A stretch of DNA of 27,413 nucleotides. It comes from a virus (lineage: Duplodnaviria; Heunggongvirae; Uroviricota; Caudoviricetes). Within the stretch, counting starts at the first letter, position 1. Each line of letters opens with the position of its first letter. The notes under the pieces were generated by a model. It made no database searches and was not told where the DNA came from. It was given only the letters and a program-made list of their open reading frames with translations. Position numbers and translations under genes: made by a program. The stretch lies in the IMG/VR virus record IMGVR_UViG_2634166457_000011. The stretch is one strand, 5' to 3'. Shown piece after piece: positions 18,776 through 27,150 of the stretch.

Positions 18776-18832
18776 TTGATTTTATTAGTAACAAGTATTT
18801 TTTATATTTTAATAATATATTTAAAGCAGATA

Positions 18833-18857
18833 ATAAAAAACCCGCCTGAGCGGGTTT
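18833..18857 (-). terminator. Intrinsic terminator downstream of cspB (weaker on the plus strand)
   Basis: CCCGC-CTGA-GCGGG hairpin; the minus strand follows it with TTTTTTATTA. Confidence 0.5.
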
Positions 18858-19138
18858 GAGATTGTGGTGCTTTTTGTGGGAGTCATCCACTTACGCACTT
18901 TGTTTTGCGATGCCAGCAGTTAGCTTCTGCTGTGAAACTATTCATGCAGCAAACCTGCACTTCACCACAATGGTTAGCATACTTTTCCTGATTAAGATTT
19001 TGCCAAATATGCTGGCCATTGTTTCATGTATTGGACCTCCTTACTTTTTATTAAAGAGATCCAATATTCACTACTCTGTCCGTATCTCTACTCAGGCATC
19101 AGCCTTCTTCGTTATCGTATACAGACGAGCGATGAATT

Positions 19139-19354
19139 TTAATCAGTAATGATGACATTTGCTGCTGCAGGACCTTTAGCACCACTCTCTATAGAGAAGG
19201 TAACCTTTTGACCTTCAAATAAGGTTCGATAATTATCATTCTGAATCGCAGAAAAATGCACAAACACATCTTTACTACCATCAACAGGAGAAATAAAGCC
19301 GAAACCTTTATCAGCGTTAAACCATTTTACTAAACCAGTCATTTTATTTGACAT
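19139..19354 (-). CDS. cspB: Cold shock protein, CspA family (CspB-like)
   Basis: 71 aa, [38 protein letters not shown]... Confidence 0.85.
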   Translation of the reverse strand: MSNKMTGLVKWFNADKGFGFISPVDGSKDVFVHFSAIQNDNYRTLFEGQKVTFSIESGAKGPAAANVIITD

Positions 19355-19894
19355 TCTACATTCCTTAACTTGAGCCTTTCGGCATAAATGGTTTGCATAA
19401 CAGAAACGACTTCGTACTTAATTGGAGAGACTCAAAGAAGGAATAAGTGAATAACACCTGAAATGAGAACTGCTTTAGTAAACTACTTCGTATATCGTCT
19501 GTTCTTCAAACCGACGCAGTCATTAACTCATAGTTGAACATATGAAGCAATGTTTATTTTAGACATCCAGCCACCTTCTACCCTATCAAAAAAGTAGTTT
19601 TCTCCAGGAACGTGTGTATGGTGCACCAGGTTATCAGTATTAAGGAGTTTTTCTGTCCCCTAAAATGACAGGAATTGTCAAAAACTTTGACTGCAAAAGC
19701 AGCAAAGGTCTTATATTCCCATCCGATGGCGTATCGATGCCCAGCTTCACGTTTCAGCTCTCAATCTTCGAGATGCAGAAGAAATTACCACAGGATTACG
19801 CGTGGAATTTTGCCGGATAAATGGTTCGCGTGGACCTTCAACTGCCAATGTTTATCCCGGGATGAGATTCAATATCTCTATTGCCCCATTTAAA

Positions 19895-19925
19895 GCACAA
19901 AAACCCGCTTATAAGCGGGTTTTCT
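19895..19925 (-). terminator. tR'-like intrinsic terminator downstream of the late promoter
   Basis: Minus strand AAAACCCGCTTATAAGCGGGTTTTTGT; about 50 nt downstream of the putative -10. Confidence 0.55.
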
Positions 19926-19969
19926 ACTTTTTTCTAAACGTCGGATACACAAAGCCCATCGTTGAGAAA

Positions 19970-19998
19970 ATCTTATCCATGTTTTTTGAAAAATGCAA
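19970..19998 (-). promoter_or_regulatory. Putative Q-dependent late promoter (pR'-like)
   Basis: Minus strand TTGCAT (19998..19993), 17-nt spacer, TAAGAT (19975..19970), immediately downstream of the Q stop. Confidence 0.45.
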
Positions 19999-20029
19999 AC
20001 ATCATGTCGCCATCTTCAGCAAAAATCAT

Positions 20030-20782
20030 TTATCTCGTCACCTTCCTCAATTGCGCTTCCGCGTATGCTTCTTCCTGCCAGCACTTTGTTACCAGTTTAT
20101 CAATGACGTCCGCATACCCCTTATACCACTGATAATCGGTCAGGTCTGGTACCAGCTTCTGGACATGACGTCGTGCCAGCGTGGTCGGTAAACGACTAAA
20201 TCGGTTTCCATTACAACGCCCACAAATCTTATATACCGGTACGCCATGAAACCGGGTTCTTTTTTCATCCAGAACAATCCCTTTACCCTTACACCCTCTG
20301 CACGCTGTGCTGACTTCGCCCTTACCATGGCAATGCTGACATAGTTCCTTCACCCATTCTTCCTTGATTACAGATTCCCCGCGTCTGTAGTGTTTCACCA
20401 CTTCGCGCAATACATTATAAAATCCCGTACCTGAACAATGCTCACAGCGAGCCTTACTTGCCGCAGACCTGGAGTAATCAGCAAAGGCAAAATTCACGAG
20501 GTAAGGAATAATCTGTAACCGGATTTCTTCACTCAATTTGTTCAATGTCGGGTTATCCAGTGCCATCGCGTAATTTAGCAGGCCTTCAATCGCAAACTGA
20601 GGGTCCTGAACACCAACTTTTGCCAGAAATAAGGCCAACCCAAGTGGTGCTTTCGACTGCACCATCCCCTGCGCTGCCATTACATCCGTAATTGTTAAAC
20701 AACCGGTGCCTGTCGCTGGAGCGTCATCGCTCAATTTTGGAGATTTTGGGGAGTAATATTTTGGTAAGGCTTCAAGGTTCAT
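20030..20782 (-). CDS. quuQ: Late gene antiterminator Q (Cys-rich zinc-binding type)
   Basis: 250 aa; CEHCSGTGF...CQHCHGKGE...CRGCKGKG...CGRCNGNRF; located upstream of the late promoter/terminator and lysis genes. Confidence 0.8.
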   Translation of the reverse strand: MNLEALPKYYSPKSPKLSDDAPATGTGCLTITDVMAAQGMVQSKAPLGLALFLAKVGVQDPQFAIEGLLNYAMALDNPTLNKLSEEIRLQIIPYLVNFAFADYSRSAASKARCEHCSGTGFYNVLREVVKHYRRGESVIKEEWVKELCQHCHGKGEVSTACRGCKGKGIVLDEKRTRFHGVPVYKICGRCNGNRFSRLPTTLARRHVQKLVPDLTDYQWYKGYADVIDKLVTKCWQEEAYAEAQLRKVTR

Positions 20783-20795
20783 GCTCGTTCTCCAC

Positions 20796-21845
20796 TTACG
20801 CCAGTACGCCAGTTGCCAGCGCGCGATCGATAAAACGAAATATCAGCTCCAGTTGGGAGCCATACTTCTCTTCAAATGCCACTGTATCCGTATGCAGCTC
20901 GTTGTGATGCTTTCTGCACAAAGGCAACACAAAGAGATCATGTGCTTTTGTTCCCATTCCGCCCTGCCCGTGACCAATCAGATGATGCGGATCGTCGGCT
21001 GGCATACCGCAGCAAGCACACGGCTGTGTCTTAACCCAACGAGTGTATTTCTCCTTAACCCAGCGGCGACGTTTAGGCAGCTTCATGAAAGATTCCGGAG
21101 ACTCTGGATCAACGTTGATGCTTACCACCGTCTTTTCCTGTGGTGGTTTTTGTTGCTGGTGGGCGTAAGGCAACGGTGCAAGATTTTTTGTGCGTTGTTT
21201 CAATATGCTGGTGGCGGTCTGCTCTCCCGGTACGATGTCGCTTTCGCGGTACACCGAGCAGATTTTTTCCGCTGGTAATCCCAACGAACGACGCGATACA
21301 GCCTCAGGTAGTGCATCCACCACCTGATTGCAGACCGCCCACCAGGATAATTCAGCCAAAGATAATTCCCGCTCCTGCGTACCGCTTATTGCGTGACGGA
21401 TGACGTCAATCACCCATGCTGTCAGATTTTGTTGAGCAAGCAGCTCCAGTGATTCCGATGTCTGGTCACGCAGTTGGTTGTCACAGTGCCAGCACAACAC
21501 CATTGCGCCGGTACCATAACGGTGAATGACTGTTTCAGTGTGATGGTAATCGCCATTAGGCCACTGGCAGGATGTAACATGACGTAATAGCCAGTCAGAC
21601 AATGCGCCAACGCCGCCAGCAGCACGAATCACCCGTTCGTTACTAAAAAACGGCAGCAATGTTTTGTCTTCCGCCAGCGGCTGGCGAACGGCAGGAACGA
21701 CTCCGGATGGCAGATTACGCATGCTTTTTGGTTCCGGTTCCACCAGCACTCGAGGATTATGAAATATCTGTATGGATTCACGGCCCGGCTTAAGGACCAC
21801 CAGCCCAAGCTCAGGCACCAGAACAGGTCTAAGTAATACCCGCAC
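20796..21845 (-). CDS. ydfU: DUF968 family protein (YdfU-like) with C-terminal HNH-like Cys/His motif
   Basis: C-terminal CACCGMPADDPHHLIGHGQGGMGTKAHDLFVLPLCRKHHNELH; start set at GTG 21845 right after the upstream stop (track ORF extends to 21884). Confidence 0.55.
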   Translation of the reverse strand: MRVLLRPVLVPELGLVVLKPGRESIQIFHNPRVLVEPEPKSMRNLPSGVVPAVRQPLAEDKTLLPFFSNERVIRAAGGVGALSDWLLRHVTSCQWPNGDYHHTETVIHRYGTGAMVLCWHCDNQLRDQTSESLELLAQQNLTAWVIDVIRHAISGTQERELSLAELSWWAVCNQVVDALPEAVSRRSLGLPAEKICSVYRESDIVPGEQTATSILKQRTKNLAPLPYAHQQQKPPQEKTVVSINVDPESPESFMKLPKRRRWVKEKYTRWVKTQPCACCGMPADDPHHLIGHGQGGMGTKAHDLFVLPLCRKHHNELHTDTVAFEEKYGSQLELIFRFIDRALATGVLA

Positions 21846-21846
21846 G

Positions 21847-22125
21847 TTACCTCCAGATCCGTTGCTGGAAAGTGCGGGACGCACGTGGTGGGCGTTCGGA
21901 ATAAGGCAGCCTGACAGAGATTATCCAGTGCCGATAGTCGAGACTGAGAGCTTTCTTAACCTCGAACCCGCGCCTGCGGTAAGAATGAATCAGCCATTCG
22001 GCCTGTTCTGCAGTGCATGGAGGGTGCTGGAACCATTCAGACTTGAATGCGTGAGAATACCGCCCGTGCGTGCAGGCAAGAACGGGCGAATTATCAGAAT
22101 TGTAATATTTTACGTTGCGTGCCAT
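21847..22125 (-). CDS. Hypothetical protein (92 aa)
   Basis: ATG at 22125 with GGAG 8 nt upstream. Confidence 0.4.
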   Translation of the reverse strand: MARNVKYYNSDNSPVLACTHGRYSHAFKSEWFQHPPCTAEQAEWLIHSYRRRGFEVKKALSLDYRHWIISVRLPYSERPPRASRTFQQRIWR

Positions 22126-22191
22126 CGGTTTTCTCCGGTGGCACGGTGTTACTCAGCGGGAGTTCAGCCCCGCGCAAGATTGTAGATGAGT

Positions 22192-22443
22192 TTATTCTTC
22201 TGCAAAAGCTGAAAAGCCTGCTTTTATTCCGATCTCTTTCAGTGCCTGTAATGAAGTGACAAACTCACCGTCGCGCAAGATAAATCCGTCCGTCACTCGG
22301 GCATCCACAAAATTAATTAACGCAGCCCCATTTTTTTGCAAACACACAATGCGGTAATGACTAACAATATTTCCATTTTCGACGCACACAGCATAGAGGC
22401 CATCTTCACAAAAAATTTTACGCAGTTCTTCGATGTTCATCAT
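22192..22443 (-). CDS. Hypothetical protein (83 aa; possibly Rem-like)
   Basis: MMNIEELRKIFCEDGLYAVCVENGN...; GGAAGGA SD; same length and position as K-12 Qin rem as I recall it, sequence identity not verified. Confidence 0.45.
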   Translation of the reverse strand: MMNIEELRKIFCEDGLYAVCVENGNIVSHYRIVCLQKNGAALINFVDARVTDGFILRDGEFVTSLQALKEIGIKAGFSAFAEE

Positions 22444-22570
22444 CAGAATCCTTCCGGATAATTAGCTCTCCCCTTTAAGGGACCATCCCTCTTATCCCTG
22501 CGCGCTACTTAAGTATTTTTGATTCTATTCCGGCACCGTCCAGAACTTCAAACGCGTTGAAAATAAAAAC

Positions 22571-22594
22571 AAAAACCCGCCGAAGCGGGTTAAG
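22571..22594 (-). terminator. Intrinsic terminator at the 3' end of the hok transcript
   Basis: Minus strand AACCCGCTTCGGCGGGTTTTTGTTTTT; a second strong hairpin GGCGAGGGA-GAAA-TCCCTCGCC lies at 22631..22652 just after the hok stop. Confidence 0.55.
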
Positions 22595-22659
22595 TGCGGG
22601 TGCGTTGAGGATGCCTGCCACATCAGAGGTGGCGAGGGATTTCTCCCTCGCCGGGTCTC

Positions 22660-22815
22660 TTACTCCTCAGGTTCGTAAGCTGTGAAGACAGCGACCTCCG
22701 TCTGGCCGGTTCGGATTCGTACCTCGCAGAGGTCTTTCCTCGTTACCAGTGTCGTCACTATGACGGTTAAACAGATGACGATTAGGGCGATTAACATCGC
22801 CTTTTGCTGCTTCAT
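22660..22815 (-). CDS. hokD: Hok-family type I toxin (HokD/RelF-like), 51 aa
   Basis: MKQQKAMLIALIVICLTVIVTTLVTRKDLCEVRIRTGQTEVAVFTAYEPEE; AAGGAG SD; the track ORF carries an in-frame 19-codon upstream extension. Confidence 0.85.
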   Translation of the reverse strand: MKQQKAMLIALIVICLTVIVTTLVTRKDLCEVRIRTGQTEVAVFTAYEPEE

Positions 22816-22991
22816 AGCCTGCTTCTCCTTGCCTTCCGGCACGTAAGAGGCTAACCTACATGTGTCTAGCATGAAATTGGCCTCAGATTAATGTTAAGCG
22901 TCTTGCAGGACGCGTAATGTTAACTGGGGCTTTTCTCTATCTGCCTTTGGTGTTCATGCCCGAGGCATGATAGCCTCAGGCACCAGCAGCC

Positions 22992-23020
22992 ATTCTACTT
23001 AACTCCCGTTACCTCGCCAA
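22992..23020 (-). promoter_or_regulatory. Putative hok promoter
   Basis: Minus strand TTGGCG (23020..23015), 17-nt spacer, TAGAAT (22997..22992); would give a ~170-nt leader typical of hok mRNAs. Confidence 0.5.
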
Positions 23021-23027
23021 TATGAAA

Positions 23028-23117
23028 TCAGTCAGAAAGGCGATCCATAAGAACAATAGCAAGACAATAAATTGCCATTACAGCAGCAATAGCCAGCGCA
23101 CATTTGAGAACCAGCAC
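23028..23117 (-). CDS. Candidate small hydrophobic peptide (29 aa, GTG start)
   Basis: GAGG then 5 nt then GTG; translation (M)LVLKCALAIAAVMAIYCLAIVLMDRLSD is a single transmembrane-like helix with a charged tail. Speculative. Confidence 0.2.
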   Translation of the reverse strand: MLVLKCALAIAAVMAIYCLAIVLMDRLSD

Positions 23118-23448
23118 GATAACCTCATGTATTGGACGTACACCACTCCTGATAAATATGAGGTTGTCTCGTCAGTGATTCAAGACAACTATTGGATATA
23201 GTTTCTCTGATTTTTTCTGGGGAAATGGGACTCAAGAACCAGTCACCACCAGCACTTCTTTTAATACGCAAAGTCCGACTCAAGCTAACCTTCCAGTCCG
23301 CTTTGTGCGAAGAACGGACTTATCTGTACAAGGGAACTATCCAGCAATGGAGATCACCCAAAAGAAAAAACTCCTGGCTCCCCTCGACAACCTTCATCGG
23401 GGCAATTAGCCTCAATCAACATTTTTATATCTGTCAGGTGACTTCATT

Positions 23449-24357
23449 ATGAAAAATGATATCAAAACCCTCGACCTTAACTTACTTAAGACCTTTGATG
23501 CGTTAATGGATGAGGGAAGCGTGACTCGAGCTGCGCAGCGACTCTCCCTGACGCAGCCCGCTGTCAGTGGCATGCTTATTCGATTACGTGATTATTTTTG
23601 CGATCCTCTCTTTGTTCGCACCAGTCACGGTATGGTTCCCACACTACGTGCCAAAGAACTTGCTATGCCGGTAAAACAAATTCTCACCGATATAGCTATT
23701 CTGCTGAAACCAAGTAAATTTGAACCCATGACGGCAGAACTAACTTATACCATTGTCGCAACGGACTATGCAGTTAAGGCTGTTGTTGTCCCATTGATGG
23801 CTGCGCTGAAACATCGAGCACCGAATATTAAAATCTCTGTGCGGGCTGTAGACAATAAACGAATGTATCAGCAGTTATCTCAGGGAGAAGTGGATCTGGC
23901 TTTGGTAACACCACAAACTACTCCCGGAGAGCTGCACGGCAGAGCACTTTATGAAGAAGATTATGTTTGCATAGCACGACGGAATCATCCGTTGTCAGCG
24001 AATTCAGAAATGACACTCGAACAATTTTGCAAACAGGAACATATTCTGGTGTCTTCAGAAGGTAGCTTCTCCGGTGTTACAGATGAAGCACTGGCTAAAC
24101 TCAGTCTGACACGACGAGTAGGCATGTCAGTTAATAGTTTTCAAGTAGTTCCTGATATATTGCAAGTGACTGATATGATCGCTGTTGTCCCCCGCCGCAT
24201 GGTCTTGACTAACAACGATCTGATCATACTCCCTTTGCCCCTTAAAGTTCCGGGCTTTACCAAGAGTATGGCCTGGCATGAACGAACTCATCGTGACCCT
24301 AGCCATCAGTGGATTCGGGCTTTATGCGTAGAAGTTAGCCAACATACTGGCTCCTGA
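23449..24357 (+). CDS. LysR-family transcriptional regulator
   Basis: 302 aa; N-terminal HTH LLKTFDALMDEGSVTRAAQRLSLTQPAVSGMLIRLRD; LysR substrate-binding-type C-terminal region. Confidence 0.9.
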   Translation: MKNDIKTLDLNLLKTFDALMDEGSVTRAAQRLSLTQPAVSGMLIRLRDYFCDPLFVRTSHGMVPTLRAKELAMPVKQILTDIAILLKPSKFEPMTAELTYTIVATDYAVKAVVVPLMAALKHRAPNIKISVRAVDNKRMYQQLSQGEVDLALVTPQTTPGELHGRALYEEDYVCIARRNHPLSANSEMTLEQFCKQEHILVSSEGSFSGVTDEALAKLSLTRRVGMSVNSFQVVPDILQVTDMIAVVPRRMVLTNNDLIILPLPLKVPGFTKSMAWHERTHRDPSHQWIRALCVEVSQHTGS

Positions 24358-24377
24358 TATAATTTATCTTATTAAGA

Positions 24378-24405
24378 TTATAAGTAATCACAATTCGTCT
24401 TATAA
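24378..24405 (+). promoter_or_regulatory. Inverted repeat TTATAAG-N14-CTTATAA upstream of the SRPBCC gene (candidate LysR-type binding site)
   Basis: Perfect 7-bp arms at 24378..24384 and 24399..24405; candidate -10 TACAAT at 24463..24468. Confidence 0.4.
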
Positions 24406-24492
24406 CTTCATTGCGCTAATAATCACTGCCATCGTGTTGCGGCCGTAACGCAGCAAACCCAGTACAATTAACTACCGCAATTGGAGACATTT

Positions 24493-24999
24493 ATGAACGC
24501 TATTCACTGGCCAGAAGGCTTTGTTCCGGGATTTACTGATAACTTTGTTTCTAATGAAATGATCATATCCGGCCTGAACGTCAATGATGTTTGGCCACTC
24601 CTTAGTCAGCCATTGCTATGGCCGGAATACTATAAAAATTCAGCAGATGTGCGCTTTTATAACAATAAAGGTCCGGATCTGGAAAATGGAGTGCGCTTTT
24701 ACTTCAGCACATTTGGATTTCCGGTTGAAGCTCAGGTCGTGGAATTTATTCCACCTGTTGAAGGTAAACCTGCTCGTTTGGCATGGCACGGATGGTCAGG
24801 TGAAAAAGATACTGTTCAACGCCTCGATGTTCATCATGCGTGGCTACTGGAGGAACTCTCGGGTAACAGACTCCGTATCCTGACGCAGGAAACGCAGAAC
24901 GGAGTTCCGGCAAAAAAACTGGCAAATACTCGTCCGAACCCAATGCTCAATGGTCACCAGGAGTGGCTTGACGGCCTGATTCTGGCTGCAAAGAAATAA
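24493..24999 (+). CDS. SRPBCC-superfamily (polyketide cyclase/START-like) protein
   Basis: 168 aa from the ATG at 24493 (GGAG SD); sequence resembles small ligand-binding SRPBCC proteins; recalled, not searched. Confidence 0.6.
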   Translation: MNAIHWPEGFVPGFTDNFVSNEMIISGLNVNDVWPLLSQPLLWPEYYKNSADVRFYNNKGPDLENGVRFYFSTFGFPVEAQVVEFIPPVEGKPARLAWHGWSGEKDTVQRLDVHHAWLLEELSGNRLRILTQETQNGVPAKKLANTRPNPMLNGHQEWLDGLILAAKK

Positions 25000-25228
25000 T
25001 TACTACTTTTGCAGAAAAGTATCACTGCGGTTACATTTTCCCCAACATCCTCATAATATTTTCATCTTTACTATTGAACTTGAGCACAGGTAAATCCTGT
25101 GCTCCTCTCTAAGTGACAGCGCATGGCCATATTTGCAAATGCCGTTTCTGGCACAAAGCAAACTACCACGCTAGCTCTACCCTGCACCATGAAAATGTCA
25201 ATTCGCATCTGAACTAATACTCTTTAAT

Positions 25229-25642
25229 CTAGTAAATAACATTTCCCTGATAAAATGCCAGGATGCGCTGCATAACTTCGCTCTTCCGGCACTCGCGACA
25301 GATTATGTTTAGACGACTGTCGTAGCGACGTATTTCTCCGTCAGGTAATAACCAGATAAGGTCCGGATCAACCACAGCAGGTTTCTTCACCTTTGCCCTC
25401 GAGAGTTTTTTGCGGGCGTTTTGCCAGTCCTTACGCGCCTGTTCAGAGGGGAATAACCCGTAGCCGGAGTTGTATACATCGCCACTAGCAACCAGCTCTC
25501 TGGCAAGAACGCTCATCAGATATCTTGTCGCACCTGTTTTAGCTTCCAGTTGCCGTAACGTCTCTCGACCGCTCTGGCGCACGAGTTCCACCACCTGCCC
25601 TTTAATTTTTTCCCGCTCTTCTTGTGTAAAAACTTTTGCCAC
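25229..25642 (-). CDS. Hypothetical protein (137 aa) downstream of the replication initiator; possible winged-helix plus C-terminal CxxC
   Basis: GTG start with AAGGGGGA SD; sits where a helicase loader would be expected but is far too small for one. Confidence 0.45.
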   Translation of the reverse strand: MAKVFTQEEREKIKGQVVELVRQSGRETLRQLEAKTGATRYLMSVLARELVASGDVYNSGYGLFPSEQARKDWQNARKKLSRAKVKKPAVVDPDLIWLLPDGEIRRYDSRLNIICRECRKSEVMQRILAFYQGNVIY

Positions 25643-25682
25643 AAGTCCCCCTTAAAATTACCTCATGACCTGAAATCAACAC

Positions 25683-26648
25683 TTATCCTCTGAAACCAGG
25701 CGGAATTTCTGTATCCGGTTCAGAAATATGATTCACACAACGCTGTACAGGTGAACGTCCCAGGCGGATGACCAGTTCGTCCCATTTTTCGCGGAGTTTT
25801 GACGGGCTCATGATGTTTTTTACCCAGAATGGATCCCGCTGTACCCGACCAAACATTTCGCAAATTTGTCTGTGGCTTCTGCCATCCAGCATCCGCATTG
25901 TGCGCACGTCATTGGCCCAGGCTGTCCAGTTAGGCTCTTTTGGTCGCATGATCTCTCCATCGTCGCTGGCAGCCTGTTCGTAAAGGTTCACGATCCGCCC
26001 CCAAATCCACTGCGCACACGCCAAATCCTCCCTGCTACCCCACTGGCGTTTTTTCACACTAAACACAACCGCGTCGGGGTTCCGGGTTAAAAAATCCTGT
26101 TCAGTCGTCTGCGGGTCCGGTTGCGAAGCTTCCGGACGAAAAGTGTTTTTATTCTCTGTAGTAATCTCTGTTGTATTCTCTGTAAGATCATCAGGCCATT
26201 TTGACCCGATGGCATTGGGTCGTTTTGAACCAATGGAGCGTTTCATTTTGACCTCTTCCATCGTGTCATTTTGACCTGATGGAGCGGCGCATTTTGAACC
26301 GATGGATTCGTTCAATTTGCCACCATCTAAAAGCTCGCTCCCATAGTTGATCGTGTAGAAATTGGTCATATCGCGCTTTGATTTATTGAGCTTTTCACAA
26401 CGCAAAAGCCCCAGCGTTTTCAGACTTGCAAACGCGCGCTTTAACGTTGACTCTGACCAGAATGGGAACTGTTCCAGCCATTGTTCCGTTGTGTTATAAA
26501 TCCAGCGAACACCATCACATTCCATACCGGAGTTGGTATCTCTCAACCAGTAGTGCAGTTGTTGCAAAACAATGGCTTCGTTTAAGCCGATTTTCATTGC
26601 CAGCTGCGTGTTTATAACCAGTGGGCGTTCAGCAAAAAGAAGACTCAT
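25683..26648 (-). CDS. Replication initiator (lambda O-like replisome organizer) with ori iterons in its coding sequence
   Basis: N-terminal domain MSLLFAERPLVINTQLAMKIGLNEAIVLQQLHYWL; repeated IGSK peptide motif encoded by DNA direct repeats; first ATG at 26648. Confidence 0.7.
   Translation of the reverse strand: MSLLFAERPLVINTQLAMKIGLNEAIVLQQLHYWLRDTNSGMECDGVRWIYNTTEQWLEQFPFWSESTLKRAFASLKTLGLLRCEKLNKSKRDMTNFYTINYGSELLDGGKLNESIGSKCAAPSGQNDTMEEVKMKRSIGSKRPNAIGSKWPDDLTENTTEITTENKNTFRPEASQPDPQTTEQDFLTRNPDAVVFSVKKRQWGSREDLACAQWIWGRIVNLYEQAASDDGEIMRPKEPNWTAWANDVRTMRMLDGRSHRQICEMFGRVQRDPFWVKNIMSPSKLREKWDELVIRLGRSPVQRCVNHISEPDTEIPPGFRG
26197..26327 (-). repeat. Iteron array (about 6 direct repeats, 23-24 bp period), putative replication origin
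   Basis: Repeats of CATTTTGA(C/A)C(N)GATGG starting at 26197, 26221, 26244, 26267, 26290 and 26313; flanked at 26152..26184 by three TCTCTGT repeats at 12-bp spacing in an AT-rich stretch. Confidence 0.6.
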
Positions 26649-27150
26649 AATTCCATCCAGCTTTTTGTTGGTATTGCTGTCGATACGCAAGCTTGAAAGC
26701 AATTGCTTTTTCTATAAGTTCGTCAGTTTCACGATCTACAACGGCAGGATCTGCAAAAAGCAGTCCGGATTCCACCACATCGCCATATTCTTTATTTAAC
26801 CCGGCGATCATGTACGTAATACTTTTTCCATCACTGATCTCACGATACAACCTGAAATCACTAATCCGGATAGCCTCCATAATTGCAGGCACTAGCGCTG
26901 TGAACTTTTCACGCTTATCCCTAGTGTCGATAGCCTTCCAGCGTTCGAATATCTTCACTCGATTAACGCTAAGCGCTCGCTGATCAACCGCGCCACCTTC
27001 ATATGTGACACGCTGAACATCGATGTTCGGGCGCTCTTTCAAAGCCCAGAATGCTTCAGTGATTAATATCGTCGCCTGCTCCTGTGTCATTCCTGGTCGA
27101 CATATCCAGGCATCCAGAGCCTCACGAGCCTGTTCAGGAGTGATTTTCAT
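26629..27150 (-). CDS. Phage regulatory protein (CII-like / YdaT-like), 173 aa
   Basis: Located between the Cro-like and O-like genes; family assignment is from memory and uncertain. Confidence 0.4.
   Translation of the reverse strand: MKITPEQAREALDAWICRPGMTQEQATILITEAFWALKERPNIDVQRVTYEGGAVDQRALSVNRVKIFERWKAIDTRDKREKFTALVPAIMEAIRISDFRLYREISDGKSITYMIAGLNKEYGDVVESGLLFADPAVVDRETDELIEKAIAFKLAYRQQYQQKAGWNYESSFC

Noticed and set aside
18856-19149. 97-aa plus-strand ORF between the terminator and cspB
   Set aside because: No SD, runs antisense into the cspB 3' region, hydrophobic low-complexity translation; probably spurious.
19355-19900. tRNA gene(s) downstream of Q, as found in some Stx-type lambdoid phages
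   Set aside because: No cloverleaf-compatible segment or conserved T-loop (GTTCGAATC-like) motif seen on manual inspection; not checked with a tRNA finder.
22816-23448. relB/relE genes expected upstream of hokD (as in K-12 Qin)
   Set aside because: No ORF of RelE or RelB size on the minus strand in this interval; only the hok leader, a candidate promoter and a speculative 29-codon ORF.
23192-23452. 86-aa plus-strand ORF immediately upstream of the LysR gene
   Set aside because: Overlaps the LysR start region, no SD, low-complexity translation; likely non-coding promoter region.
25082-25104. Perfect 9-bp inverted repeat GAGCACAGG-TAAAT-CCTGTGCTC between the convergent SRPBCC and 137-aa genes as an intrinsic terminator
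   Set aside because: No U-tract follows it on either strand; may still be a protein-binding site or RNA structure, so recorded here rather than as a feature.
26197-26327. Possible CRISPR array suggested by regularly spaced direct repeats
   Set aside because: Repeats are ~16 bp at 23-bp period with no unique spacers, lie inside a protein-coding frame and match lambdoid ori iterons; not CRISPR.
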